A stretch of DNA of 64,000 nt from an uncultured Candidatus Peribacteria bacterium (GCA_964514565.1 CAZERA010000001.1:62001-126000), one strand, 5' to 3'; numbered from the stretch's first letter, positions 38,694 to 48,956 are shown. Made by a program: numbers and translations. Notes: generated from the letters alone by a model not told the origin.

Positions 38694-40565
38694 TTAGGGT
38701 AGCAACATCAGACAAGGATCGCCTACCAAATTCACATTCTCGTTCAATCCTGTCAGTACTGCTTGTCCAAGCATGCTACCACTGGCCCAGCTGCTAAAGT
38801 ATGGTGGATCTTGTAATCCAGTAAAGTGCGTATTGGAGTCATCAAAACTATGATTCTGACTTACTGTACTACCAGAAATTACCAAACTTGCTAGGCTGGC
38901 ACCAGAGCGGAGCTCCTGCCATACTGGTAGGTTGTTGTTGTGATCTACTAGGCTGACATGTCCACTGAAGATAGTGAGGATACTTTTCGTCTCAGGACTG
39001 CGGTTGTTTAAACATGCACCAGTCAGGTCCTGACTGATTGATTGATCAATATTATTATAAACGATTTCATACGTATCAGGCAGACTAGCAAACTGGTTGA
39101 GTGCTGGTAGACGGTTCTTAGCAAAGTATAAATACTGGTCTTGGGGATTGAGAAAGTAATGCCAACCAATCAACTCTTTTACCTGTTCATCCCCGATACT
39201 ATTTGTAGTCCAGCTGCTATCTGCGCCTTCTACTAATCCTGGGTGATTGAACCCGTTGCGAGGAATAGTTAGATCTGCAGTCACACTAGCAGGGTCCACC
39301 AAAATTGTTTTAACTGTTGCTGGTTCATTGCTCACAGTACGAACAAGTGCTCCCGGTCGGATCAAGAAATATTGTCCTACTAAAGCACCATTAACGGTAA
39401 TAGTATTGGGTTGGTCTGATTTAGCCAGGAGCGATCCTCGAGGCACACTGCTGATCCAGGCCTTGAGCGTATTTACTTGGTTATGAATCTGCACTACTTC
39501 TGGATTGTCATTGGCAGGTAGCGGATTGATAGTGTTGCAGACATTGTCAGTGTTGCGAGCTGCCGGATATGTGGCAAATAAACGATGATTGATTGCTATA
39601 GTAGAAGATATCACTCCCAACTGGTTTAAGAATGCTCCCATACTATTTTCTTGTTCACTGAGCTGGGCAGTATCTTGGGTGTTTGGTAAGTCTAAAAAGT
39701 AGCTGGCAACGGTTGGGAGAATATTACTCATTGTATTGAGGGCTGGTTCTTCATACCAGGAGTCAAAATATGCTTTTACTTGGCTACTACTCAAGCTAGG
39801 AAGACTTTGCCATCTGCGAGTACTGCGTAAAGCATCTTTCCAAGTTTTTTCACTAGCCTTGATCGCGTTGGCATAACTCTGAGGATCAAAAGCTACTGTG
39901 TCGATTGGTGAATGAATTGCTGTTCCTAATGTATTCCAGAGCTGATCATCGTGGATTTGATCGTTAAAGAAAACTGCGCGATTGTATGCGCTAGCCTGAG
40001 TATAGTAGTTGTGATTAGCTTCAAAGTAACCCTGGAAACCTACGGGAGTCAGGTCTGGTAAATAGCCAACCATTATCTCTGGCTTGATATTCTCACGAAC
40101 TACTGCATCCTGACTTACGTATGTTTCAGTATTAGCATCGAAAACAAAATATTTATTTTCAAAATCACCATAAGGTAACAAGCTTACCTGACTTGTACCC
40201 TTGTTAGTTACTGCTGGCAATGGAATGTCGACTAAAAGTACACCTTTAAGATTGCTGTTATGATAGCCATTTTCTAGGGTGGCTGCCACACTGTATGTTT
40301 GCTTGTTTGGACTCTGGTTTGTATCTAAATCGAAAAGTTTCTTTTCAATAGTAATATTCCTATATTGGCGGTTCAAAATAGGCGTGACATCTTGAATATA
40401 GCGATCAAGCAAAGGTCCGATTGCGTTATTAGTGCTTTCCGTAGTCACTACCCAGAAGTGAGGATTAGTGTCCAAAGTACCTTCTAGTTGTGCCTTATTG
40501 AGGCCATAAGTAAGCACTAAAGCTCCAATCAATACCGTGATAATATACGTGTGTGATTTTTTCAT
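38694..40565 (-). CDS. Secreted protein with peptidase C25 (gingipain)-like scaffold
   Basis: LDRYIQDV, LKGVLLVDIPLP, PEIMVGYL, terminal LGQA..NLVGDPCL. Catalytic dyad not evident. Start at ATG 40565. Confidence 0.45.
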   Translation of the reverse strand: MKKSHTYIITVLIGALVLTYGLNKAQLEGTLDTNPHFWVVTTESTNNAIGPLLDRYIQDVTPILNRQYRNITIEKKLFDLDTNQSPNKQTYSVAATLENGYHNSNLKGVLLVDIPLPAVTNKGTSQVSLLPYGDFENKYFVFDANTETYVSQDAVVRENIKPEIMVGYLPDLTPVGFQGYFEANHNYYTQASAYNRAVFFNDQIHDDQLWNTLGTAIHSPIDTVAFDPQSYANAIKASEKTWKDALRSTRRWQSLPSLSSSQVKAYFDSWYEEPALNTMSNILPTVASYFLDLPNTQDTAQLSEQENSMGAFLNQLGVISSTIAINHRLFATYPAARNTDNVCNTINPLPANDNPEVVQIHNQVNTLKAWISSVPRGSLLAKSDQPNTITVNGALVGQYFLIRPGALVRTVSNEPATVKTILVDPASVTADLTIPRNGFNHPGLVEGADSSWTTNSIGDEQVKELIGWHYFLNPQDQYLYFAKNRLPALNQFASLPDTYEIVYNNIDQSISQDLTGACLNNRSPETKSILTIFSGHVSLVDHNNNLPVWQELRSGASLASLVISGSTVSQNHSFDDSNTHFTGLQDPPYFSSWASGSMLGQAVLTGLNENVNLVGDPCLMLLP

Positions 40566-40631
40566 GTAATCTGCCAATTGAATTCTTCGTTTCATAGTAG
40601 CACAAAAGAGCCTCTCTACTCAATCTCTTCC

Positions 40632-41702
40632 ATGGTTCAGCAATTTTCTATTCAAGGCTTTCGTAATATTGCTTCAGTTAGTCTCAATATTGAGCAGCCT
40701 CTCACTATTTTCTACGGTCAAAACGGGCAAGGTAAAACCAATTTACTTGAGGCAATTGCCATTGCGGCTTGTGGTTCATCATTTCGCGATCAAAAAAAAC
40801 ACCTCTGGCTCCCTTTCCAGTCCAATAGTAATCAATTTGCGGCACTTTCTTTGCAGACAACTGATTCGCTTGCTCATAAAGTAATTATTGCTACTCCTGC
40901 CCAGCAAGCAGTTCCCCAAATTAAGTTTTGGCGTAATGACGTGCCCGTGCCAATGGCCGATTTTATTGGCGAAATCCCAGTGGTAGTATTCCGACCTGAG
41001 GATATGAATTTGTTTTTATTTGACCCTAGTCTCCGCAGAGCTTTTTTAGATAGTGTTTTATTTCAAGTCTTTCCTCTGTACCGTCAGTCGTTCAGCCAAG
41101 CAAAAAAAACGTTAACCAATCGCAATGCCTTACTCAAAGCAATTCAACGATCTGAGGCCAGTGCTGGCGAGTTAGACTTCTGGGACAAACAATATCGCCA
41201 GGATTCAGATGTTTTGCAGCAATACCGTTCTTTATTGCTAGCTTATATTGATCGAGAAATCTCTCTTGTTTACGCGCAGTTTTCGCATCACACTTTGGGG
41301 TTCAAGATTCAATATGAAAAATCCATATTTTCTCCAGATCAAAACCAATTTTTGGAGCGTTCTCGTGGCTTTACTCTTTCCGGTGCTCACCGAGATGATT
41401 TCTCTGTGTATGTGGATGAACAAAAAACACCATGGACCATCACTGCTTCCAGGGGGGAAATGCGCACCTTGGTATTGGCGCTTAAATCAATTATTGTACG
41501 GTTTTTAGCTGAGAAGCTCGAACATAAGCCGTTATTATTGTTGGACGATATCTTGTCTGAGTTTGATGATGAAAGGCAAGCCTTGGTGCTTTCATGGACA
41601 GCCAATTATCAGTTGTTTCTTACCGTGGCAGGTAATATTGCGGAGATTGGCTCTGCTCAAAAGTTTAGGGTAGAAAAAGGTTCTGTAGTGGACATTGCTT
41701 AG
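40632..41702 (+). CDS. recF: DNA replication and repair protein RecF
   Basis: GFRN, GQNGQGKTNLLEAI, PSLRRAFLD, GAHRDD, ASRGE, LLLDDILSEFD. Confidence 0.96.
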   Translation: MVQQFSIQGFRNIASVSLNIEQPLTIFYGQNGQGKTNLLEAIAIAACGSSFRDQKKHLWLPFQSNSNQFAALSLQTTDSLAHKVIIATPAQQAVPQIKFWRNDVPVPMADFIGEIPVVVFRPEDMNLFLFDPSLRRAFLDSVLFQVFPLYRQSFSQAKKTLTNRNALLKAIQRSEASAGELDFWDKQYRQDSDVLQQYRSLLLAYIDREISLVYAQFSHHTLGFKIQYEKSIFSPDQNQFLERSRGFTLSGAHRDDFSVYVDEQKTPWTITASRGEMRTLVLALKSIIVRFLAEKLEHKPLLLLDDILSEFDDERQALVLSWTANYQLFLTVAGNIAEIGSAQKFRVEKGSVVDIA

Positions 41703-41813
41703 TTTGGTACTCGCCTGCCCTTGGTACCCGACACTTTACAATCATACTATTATCCCGCATGCTTCATTCTCAAGTGAGCAGTTTTGTGCTATTATGATTT
41801 GAAGTATTTTCAT

Positions 41814-42491
41814 ATGCCTGAACCTAAAGTCACTTCATTACCGCAAACAGTTTTTATTGCTGGCGCTCTCAGCCTAGTAATGGGAGCTATGGTTAGCTTG
41901 GCTAGTTATGGTCCAGCTGATTTGACCGAAGGATATCAAGCACCAAGTATTCCTTCGCGCTCAGCACTAGAAAGCAATATTCCCCATCCTCCTGCTATTC
42001 CTACCCCTGATGCGGCGACTTTACGTCAGGCAGGCAACACTCAATTGCAACAATTCAGCCCTGACTCCGCTACTGATCATGATGCGATGCGTCGATTGAT
42101 TAGTGGACTCAGTGATGAAAGTGCTCACCCAAATAGTGATACGCCCGCAGATCCGCTTGGAAACAAAATTTCTACCGGCCAAGATGCACAGTCGAGTGTT
42201 AGTAGTACAGGATCATTACCTGCCGGTTCTTTAAATGCTGAACCTCGTGCTAGCGCTATTGGTCGCTCAGCTGTCAATCGGTACGGCGAAGATGCTTTGG
42301 CTAGTTGGTATAATTACCTAGCTGCCACTATGGTCTTGCGTGCTGAGATTGTGACGAAGCAAACCCAAACATTGGCTGACAAATTTGATGAAATCAATAC
42401 TATTCACAAAAATATCAACGAGAGCTTTAAAGAACTCAACTCCTCTGCCAATGCAGTGCTGCGCTTATTACCTACTAATCCAGGACGATGA
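41814..42491 (+). CDS. Secreted hypothetical protein, PSIP/helical family member 1
   Basis: Hydrophobic N-terminus, APSIPS, C-terminal amphipathic helix ending VLRLLP. Confidence 0.75.
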   Translation: MPEPKVTSLPQTVFIAGALSLVMGAMVSLASYGPADLTEGYQAPSIPSRSALESNIPHPPAIPTPDAATLRQAGNTQLQQFSPDSATDHDAMRRLISGLSDESAHPNSDTPADPLGNKISTGQDAQSSVSSTGSLPAGSLNAEPRASAIGRSAVNRYGEDALASWYNYLAATMVLRAEIVTKQTQTLADKFDEINTIHKNINESFKELNSSANAVLRLLPTNPGR

Positions 42492-43093
42492 AGTGGTCAT
42501 TATTTAGTTTACTTGCGGGGGGGCTTATTATGGGCAATGTCCTAGTACATGCACAGGTGATGCCTAGTATCCCAAGCATTCCTAATCGTATTCCCGATGA
42601 AGTGCTAAGCACTCTCGTTCCACCAGGCCAGCTATCTAAATTACCTGTCCAAGCCCAGCAAGAAGCCGCTCGAAGGCAAGCTGAAGTAAGAACAAAGGTA
42701 CTTGAGACATTACGCAATCAAAACCCAGCTGCCCAAGGTGGAATTGCTTTGCCTACCACCACACCTTCGGCAAGTGATGCCACTCCAAGCAACGATAATA
42801 GCCCAGACCAAAGCACTTCAACACCAGCGGAAAGTGGCCAGTCACCCCTGACCATGAGTCGCACCTATCTAACTGCTAGTAATGGTTTAAACCAAGCAAA
42901 TATTGCTCAGACGCTGGCGTTGGCTACTTCAGCGGATATTCAACTCTGGAAGGGGTACTACGATGATATGTATGACCAAGTAGAAGAGACCAAAAGATCT
43001 TACGAACGGGTTAGGGATAGCTTGCGTAGCTACAAGACCCAGCTTTCTAGAATGTTGGACCAGCTGCCTACTACTATTCTTTCGTGTTTATAA
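42488..43093 (+). CDS. Secreted hypothetical protein, family member 2
   Basis: Signal VHA-Q, MPSIPSIP, helix ending MLDQLP; ATGA coupling with the upstream gene. Confidence 0.8.
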   Translation: MKWSLFSLLAGGLIMGNVLVHAQVMPSIPSIPNRIPDEVLSTLVPPGQLSKLPVQAQQEAARRQAEVRTKVLETLRNQNPAAQGGIALPTTTPSASDATPSNDNSPDQSTSTPAESGQSPLTMSRTYLTASNGLNQANIAQTLALATSADIQLWKGYYDDMYDQVEETKRSYERVRDSLRSYKTQLSRMLDQLPTTILSCL

Positions 43094-43095
43094 CA

Positions 43096-44262
43096 ATGAA
43101 ATCAACTCCGCTCTGGACATATCGAATACAGCTGATCGTACTGATTGGTTTGATGGTAACTATGCTCACACCATACGTTAGTGCCCAAGTAGATGTCCCC
43201 TCTTTGCCAGGTGATATTCACTCATCAGTACCTACTGATCAATTGCAAACAGGTGCAGCAGATCAGGCTACTCAAGCGCAAGCGGATGTAGAAAGACAGG
43301 CAAGAGAACAACAACGTGCTGTTACTCAGTCTGCCAACGATGCTTTGCGTCAACGTTTAGAACAAGTAGATGTACCTGCCAACCCAGTTAATGCCCTTCG
43401 TGGTGATAGTCCTGAAGCTGCAACAAATGTGGCTAGACTCGACGGCCTTCGTGCTGTAGATGAATCTCTAGCCTCCAGTGATATGCCTCCTGCTGACGCC
43501 TCAGCCCTGGTAAATGGTGATGCTAGTGCTTTGGTAGATAATGGCGTTACTAATCGCAACGATATCAATAGGGCTGTTACTCGAGCAAACAGAGTCTATA
43601 CCAATGCTCAAAACGAAAGCTTATATGCCACAGCCCAAGCCAATTGGGCCTCTGGTGTGAAAGGCTTGGCCAACTGTGCCAGCGGTGATGATGATGGTAA
43701 AGACTTCTGTCAGTCCCTGGATGATCTCAAGACCGTACTCAATGATATAAAAAGTGATATGGACGATATTGTAAACAAATCACATCGTCTACAAGCATAT
43801 GTTGCGGCAAAACCAGCTTTTCTCAACAGGCCCTCTTTGAGCAAGCCGGTTTGTAATGGGTTGATTGCTCCAGGGTTGAATGTGCCACTGACACCAGTAA
43901 CAATAGCTGACACAGATGAGCATTATGATCCAGCCAGTGGTCGATTGACCCTAGAAGCAGTAAAAAACGAGTTCCTAGCGGCTGGTAATATCGCTGAAAA
44001 CCGTACCGACTTGGTAAACAGTGGGACAGCTTTAGGTAATGGCATTAGTTTAGTGAGAAATAATAGCGGTCTTTATCAGCAAAACGTCGCTGGTTTACAA
44101 GGAAGCTATGATGCCCTTACCAAACGAATCTGGCAGAACTTCGACACTACTTTAAAGGCCCGCTTTACTACACTACAGAAACATACCGAAGAGATGAAAA
44201 CACTCGCTGATCAGCTGTCTCAGATCGAAAGAATGCTGGCGCAAAGACCACGTACCCCATAA
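43096..44262 (+). CDS. Secreted hypothetical protein, family member 3, with two helical modules
   Basis: Signal VSA-Q, VPSLP, helices ending YVAAKP and MLAQRP. Confidence 0.8.
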   Translation: MKSTPLWTYRIQLIVLIGLMVTMLTPYVSAQVDVPSLPGDIHSSVPTDQLQTGAADQATQAQADVERQAREQQRAVTQSANDALRQRLEQVDVPANPVNALRGDSPEAATNVARLDGLRAVDESLASSDMPPADASALVNGDASALVDNGVTNRNDINRAVTRANRVYTNAQNESLYATAQANWASGVKGLANCASGDDDGKDFCQSLDDLKTVLNDIKSDMDDIVNKSHRLQAYVAAKPAFLNRPSLSKPVCNGLIAPGLNVPLTPVTIADTDEHYDPASGRLTLEAVKNEFLAAGNIAENRTDLVNSGTALGNGISLVRNNSGLYQQNVAGLQGSYDALTKRIWQNFDTTLKARFTTLQKHTEEMKTLADQLSQIERMLAQRPRTP

Positions 44263-44265
44263 TTT

Positions 44266-44778
44266 ATGAACTGGAAAATAATTCTTACCATTAGTACTTT
44301 CTTTGTAGCTACACCAATCCTGATTGGCCAGAGCCTACCAGATATTCCTACTGTGCCTTCCACACCAGCTATTCCAGGGGGCATTCCTAGTACTAGTATA
44401 CCAACATCCCTACCAGCAGCTATTCCTAGCCTTCCCGCGATTTCCACTCCCCTTCCAGCCTCACTGCTAAGTCAATCTGGACTGGATACCAGTGTGCTAG
44501 GCCAAGATCCTAGTACGAGGGCACAAGACCTTCGTGACCAGTATAAGCAAGGTTTGATGGATGATAGTCGATTACCTACTTTGCCTGACAATACAGCTCA
44601 GGCCGGCGATTTAGCAAAGCGTTTTGCCGAGCAAACATTTCCTCAAGAATTCCAGGCTTCCAAGGGACTTCTTGCCTTACCTGAATCAGCTCCCTCTGCT
44701 TTTCCTACTGCTACACCTGCTATACCAACCTCAGCGCCTACAGCAATCCCTACCCCTCCTACTATTCCGTCTTTATAG
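44266..44778 (+). CDS. Secreted Pro-rich hypothetical protein, family member 4
   Basis: Signal peptide, repeated IP[ST] motifs. Confidence 0.75.
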   Translation: MNWKIILTISTFFVATPILIGQSLPDIPTVPSTPAIPGGIPSTSIPTSLPAAIPSLPAISTPLPASLLSQSGLDTSVLGQDPSTRAQDLRDQYKQGLMDDSRLPTLPDNTAQAGDLAKRFAEQTFPQEFQASKGLLALPESAPSAFPTATPAIPTSAPTAIPTPPTIPSL

Positions 44779-44785
44779 AAGCTAT

Positions 44786-45091
44786 ATGATCAAAAAAATA
44801 CTACTTTTAGTGATAGCATCCTTGACCCTCAGCCTAGGCTTCGCTTATGCGCAAACATCGCCTTTGCAGATTGCGCAGAATCAAGTGCAGAGCAGTACCG
44901 AGTTTTCGAACCAAGAATTAACCGCTAGAAATGCTAATCGGTATGCTGATTTACAAAATCAAGTCGGTACTACGATTGGCGTCCACAAAAGAATCGTGGA
45001 TGAGAGCAAAAGAAATATTGATCAAGTTCTGACCAAATTAGATCTTGCTACCAATATGTACAGTAGTTTCAACGATCGCTTCCTACACTAA
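44786..45091 (+). CDS. Small secreted helical protein, family member 5
   Basis: ATG 44786, MIKKILLLVIASLTLSLGFAYA-Q signal, then an amphipathic helix. Confidence 0.75.
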   Translation: MIKKILLLVIASLTLSLGFAYAQTSPLQIAQNQVQSSTEFSNQELTARNANRYADLQNQVGTTIGVHKRIVDESKRNIDQVLTKLDLATNMYSSFNDRFLH

Positions 45092-46299
45092 GCTGCTAAA
45101 AATTGGACAAACTTGCGTTTACCCACTTGCACAATAAGCGGTTTACTTGATGGCACAAAAGCATACGCTCGATCCTTGATTGCCACCTGGTCTACTTTGA
45201 CACCACCTTGTTCAATTAGTCGGTTGATTTGAGATTTAGAAGTTTCTAGTCCACTCTGGAAGATAGCTTCCACAAGTGTTATCTCAGTGGTTGGGAGGGT
45301 GTGGGTGGAAATCTCATCTGGTAGTGCTTTCTTTTGAAAAAGTTGTATGAAGTGTTGCTCAGCACGGGCAGCCTCTTCAGCACTGTGGTAAATACTGACT
45401 ATTTCTCTACCCAAACGCATTTTTGCATCTCGAGGATTACCTCCTTGTTTTACAGTGTTTCCAATTTCTGCAATTTCTTCCATGGGGACATTGGTAGCAA
45501 GCTCGAAGTATCTAGTAATGAGCTCATCTGGAATAGACATCACCTTTCCATACTGTTCTTCGGGGCTTTCTAAGAGGCCGATATAGTTATTTAGCGACTT
45601 ACTCATTTTCATTTTACCATCGAGACCTTCCAAAATAGGCATGATCATTACATTTTGAGGCTCTTCCCCGTGCGCTTTTTGAAGTACTCGGCCAGCTAAA
45701 CAGTTGAATTTCTGATCACTACCCCCTAGTTCTACATCTGCTTTGAGGATTACTGAATCGTAGCCCTGCATGAGTGGATAGAAGAACTCATGTAAATGAA
45801 TGGGTTTGTTCTCATTCATACGCTTTTCAAACATGTCTCGCTCTAGCATTTGTTGCACTGTAAAGTTTGCAGCTAGGCCAATTACCTCACTAAAGCTCAT
45901 ATGCTCGAGCCAGTCTGCGTTATAGACGATCTCTAGTTTTGATACATCCAATATTTTTCCAGCCTGATCAATATATGTTTTTAAGTTCTCATTAACTTGT
46001 TCTTGGGTAAGTTGTTGACGTGTAGCACTTTTATCTGTCGGATCGCCTATCTTGCCTGTAAAGTTACCTACAATCAGGATTGCTTGATGTCCTGCATCTT
46101 GGAACTGACGTAGCTTACGAAAGGGCACGGCATGACCAAGGTGCAAGGCACTACCAGAGGGGTCTATGCCCAATTTTACGCGCAATTTCTTACCACTAGC
46201 TAATTTCTTTTTAAATTCTTCTAATACAATTACTTCACTTGTTCCACGCTGTAAAAGTGCTTGAATTGTGCTGGGGGATGTATCTACTTGATTAGCCAT
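45088..46299 (-). CDS. tyrS: Tyrosine--tRNA ligase
   Basis: GIDPSG..HLGH, YPLMQGYD, GGSDQ, KMSKS, C-terminal S4 domain (VGKRKF). Confidence 0.98.
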   Translation of the reverse strand: MANQVDTSPSTIQALLQRGTSEVIVLEEFKKKLASGKKLRVKLGIDPSGSALHLGHAVPFRKLRQFQDAGHQAILIVGNFTGKIGDPTDKSATRQQLTQEQVNENLKTYIDQAGKILDVSKLEIVYNADWLEHMSFSEVIGLAANFTVQQMLERDMFEKRMNENKPIHLHEFFYPLMQGYDSVILKADVELGGSDQKFNCLAGRVLQKAHGEEPQNVMIMPILEGLDGKMKMSKSLNNYIGLLESPEEQYGKVMSIPDELITRYFELATNVPMEEIAEIGNTVKQGGNPRDAKMRLGREIVSIYHSAEEAARAEQHFIQLFQKKALPDEISTHTLPTTEITLVEAIFQSGLETSKSQINRLIEQGGVKVDQVAIKDRAYAFVPSSKPLIVQVGKRKFVQFLAA

Positions 46300-46359
46300 A
46301 AATAGAGGTAAAGGTTTACTAGAGCAAAAGTTCAGACTGGAATTTTTGCCATACTTAAA

Positions 46360-46398
46360 AGGCTTTCAGATTGTAAAAAAGAAAGCCTAATAAAGCAA
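46360..46398 (-). promoter_or_regulatory. Putative tyrS promoter overlapped by an inverted repeat
   Basis: Minus-strand TTGCTT-17-TACAAT; AGGCTTTC/GAAAGCCT inverted repeat, which may also terminate the upstream gene. Confidence 0.4.
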
Positions 46399-46427
46399 AT
46401 TGCAAGTAACTTATACCTAATCGCCAA

Positions 46428-47471
46428 TTATCTATTAACTATTGTGATAGTTGGTCCACTACATGTGCTAAATACTGCTGGACTCAGTACCATAGTGACT
46501 CGTGTAGGGTAGGTCCCATTGGTAAATATCGGTGTAAATCGAGCCGTATCTGGTGCGGTAAAGTCACTAATTTGTGGCTCCCTTAGCATTGACTGAAAAC
46601 GATAATATATCGCTGGACCTGCCCAGCCTGTCGGAATTGTTACTGTTTCAAGATAATATCTAATTGCGCCACCTACTCGTGTGTTGTATTCACATGTTGC
46701 ACTGCCCGGCATACAGCCGGGAATACCCTCAATGATGATGCGATTACAAGTAGGCTGAGCTGATCCACTTGGCCTATTGATTACCGGTCCAGTCATGCCA
46801 ACGTCAACGCCTATATCAGTTGGAGCGTCAGATACAACTGAGTCATTAGCATCTATTGCTCCATCGGTTGTGTCGCTTGCTCCGCTGTCTTGGGTATCAC
46901 TGGCATCAATTACATCTGATCCTACATCGACTGCGGTTTCAGTACTGGTAGCATCAACTAGAGCTCCTGTATCCACGCCGCTATCGATACCTGTATCAAC
47001 TGTGCCAAGATCAGTTGCTCCCCCGTCAAAAGCTGGGACGTCAATTACATCAGCAGTATCTGTTGTTGTGACTAGATCTGTTGGTGTTGCTGTATCAGCT
47101 ATTTGTCTGTCCTCCATTGCGTTTAGGTCAGGTGAGACATCTAAAACTAATGGTGAATCAACTAAAACGTCGGGAGTTTGAGCGTCTGTAACAGTGTCAA
47201 TAGTTGGCTGCACAGCATCCTTTGTGGCGGCATCTATTGAATTAACATCTAAACCGCTTGTGTCGCTTGGATTAACTACTGAAGCCTCTTGGTTGTTGTC
47301 GGTCCCCACATCAGCTACCTCTAATCTTGCATTAAAGTCATCTTTCACTACCACGCTGCAATTTGCAGTAAGCCCTGCTATTCCTACAATCCCAATGCGA
47401 GTAGCTCTCACTGCCTCACGCTTAAGGTTAGCTACCGTTTCCCTAATATAACGCTCTAATGTGTTGGTCAT
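46428..47471 (-). CDS. Putative lipoprotein with Asp-rich D-x-x low-complexity stalk and Cys-containing C-terminal domain
   Basis: IVGIAGLTAN-C lipobox-like segment; DAT/DVG/DTG/DSG repeats; own TTGACA-16-TATTGT promoter at 47494-47521. Confidence 0.65.
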   Translation of the reverse strand: MTNTLERYIRETVANLKREAVRATRIGIVGIAGLTANCSVVVKDDFNARLEVADVGTDNNQEASVVNPSDTSGLDVNSIDAATKDAVQPTIDTVTDAQTPDVLVDSPLVLDVSPDLNAMEDRQIADTATPTDLVTTTDTADVIDVPAFDGGATDLGTVDTGIDSGVDTGALVDATSTETAVDVGSDVIDASDTQDSGASDTTDGAIDANDSVVSDAPTDIGVDVGMTGPVINRPSGSAQPTCNRIIIEGIPGCMPGSATCEYNTRVGGAIRYYLETVTIPTGWAGPAIYYRFQSMLREPQISDFTAPDTARFTPIFTNGTYPTRVTMVLSPAVFSTCSGPTITIVNR

Positions 47472-47592
47472 AATAAAAGTAAGTTTGCGCTTTACAATAG
47501 CTTATATGGCAATTTTGTCAATGTGCCACTGATAATGGATTTCATAATCTGATCTTTATGATGAAGTAGTGGTCCACTAAATACGGGTACGT

Positions 47593-48897
47593 ATGAAAAA
47601 TACTAAATTGCTACTGTTTGTCTTTTTACTTTGTTCATACGGATCCTGGCGTGAAGTGTATTTAACTAAAGCACTGGACCAGGCCCGAACGTATGTTTCC
47701 GATAGAAGTTTTTTTACTGTTTCCATAGTAGAAATATTGCAACAGTCCCCTACTCAGATCCTTTGTGTTGCTAAGTTAGTTGATACTAATGGTTCTATAC
47801 TAGTAAAATTTCCAGGGGAAATTGTCATGCACTTGGGTGACAGATTTGAGGTAGCTGGCAAGATTGACACTGACCTAGATCCCAAATTGGCAGGTTTCTA
47901 TAGGTTAAAGGAAATTAGCGCTATCTTTTCCGTTACTGATGCTGTACTAGTAAATTCATATCCAAACTTGAGCACATATCTTTATTCCTGGAGAGCCTCT
48001 CTTACTGGAGTGATCCAAGGCACTTTGAATTACAGTAGTGGCGCTCTTTTGGCTGGTATTCTCTGGGGAGACTCCAGTCATCTTCCCAAAAGTATTAAGT
48101 CTAATTTTCTTACCACTGGCCTTAGCCATGTTATGGCTGTTTCTGGTGCTAATATGACGCTTTTGGCTCAGATGCTGTCGTATCTACTTTTCTTCTTACC
48201 AATCCGAACAAGGTACACTGTGATTATTTTGGCAATGATTTTCTTCTGTGGTTTAGTTGGTATGTCTGCTGCCGTACTCCGTGCAGGAACTATGGCTCTT
48301 ATTTCAGCAATTGCCGTGATCGTTGGCAAAAAGTATTGGGCTATCGGGGCATTTAATCTTGTTGTATTGGTCACCTTTCTTTATAACCCAGCTATTGTCT
48401 TCTATGATATTGGCTTCCAGTTGTCTTGTGCTGCTACATTGGGCTTGATTTTTCTTCAACCAATGCTCCTGAAATATTTCAAGATGATACCCTGGAAATA
48501 TGTTCGAGAGACGATTGCTACAACTTTGGCTGCTTCCATCGTGACCATACCAATCACACTGCACTATTTTGCTCGTTGGTATCCCCTTTCTATTATTGTA
48601 AATATTTTATTTCTTCCGATAATTGGACTTATTTCCATGGTGTTGTATCTAGTCACGCCGTTATTACTCTTGCCATTTGTTGGTTCAATAATGGCGACCT
48701 TAATTAATTTAGTCGTGCTGGCATTCCTTTGGTCACTAGACTACTTGTCTCTGTTCTCTTCTAGGGTGACTATTACGTGGCAAATTCCTTTAGAAATAGT
48801 GTTTATCTCCTATTCTGCTATCGCATTTGTGCTATCACTTGGCAGTGGGGGTGGAATAACTTCCAGGGTAAATAAAGATTTAGGCAAGTTGGATTAA
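47593..48897 (+). CDS. comEC: ComEC/Rec2 competence membrane protein without a metallo-beta-lactamase domain
   Basis: TGLSHVMAVSGAN, AAVLRAGTM, DIGFQLSCAAT. Confidence 0.9.
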   Translation: MKNTKLLLFVFLLCSYGSWREVYLTKALDQARTYVSDRSFFTVSIVEILQQSPTQILCVAKLVDTNGSILVKFPGEIVMHLGDRFEVAGKIDTDLDPKLAGFYRLKEISAIFSVTDAVLVNSYPNLSTYLYSWRASLTGVIQGTLNYSSGALLAGILWGDSSHLPKSIKSNFLTTGLSHVMAVSGANMTLLAQMLSYLLFFLPIRTRYTVIILAMIFFCGLVGMSAAVLRAGTMALISAIAVIVGKKYWAIGAFNLVVLVTFLYNPAIVFYDIGFQLSCAATLGLIFLQPMLLKYFKMIPWKYVRETIATTLAASIVTIPITLHYFARWYPLSIIVNILFLPIIGLISMVLYLVTPLLLLPFVGSIMATLINLVVLAFLWSLDYLSLFSSRVTITWQIPLEIVFISYSAIAFVLSLGSGGGITSRVNKDLGKLD

Positions 48898-48956
48898 TTA
48901 ATAGACCTAGACACCCTGGCAATCTTTGCTACGGTGTAAGTGATAACCTTAGTCCT

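Noticed and set aside
44624..44785. 5' part of the 155-aa ORF
   Set aside because: It overlaps the preceding gene out of frame; the signal peptide begins at ATG 44786.
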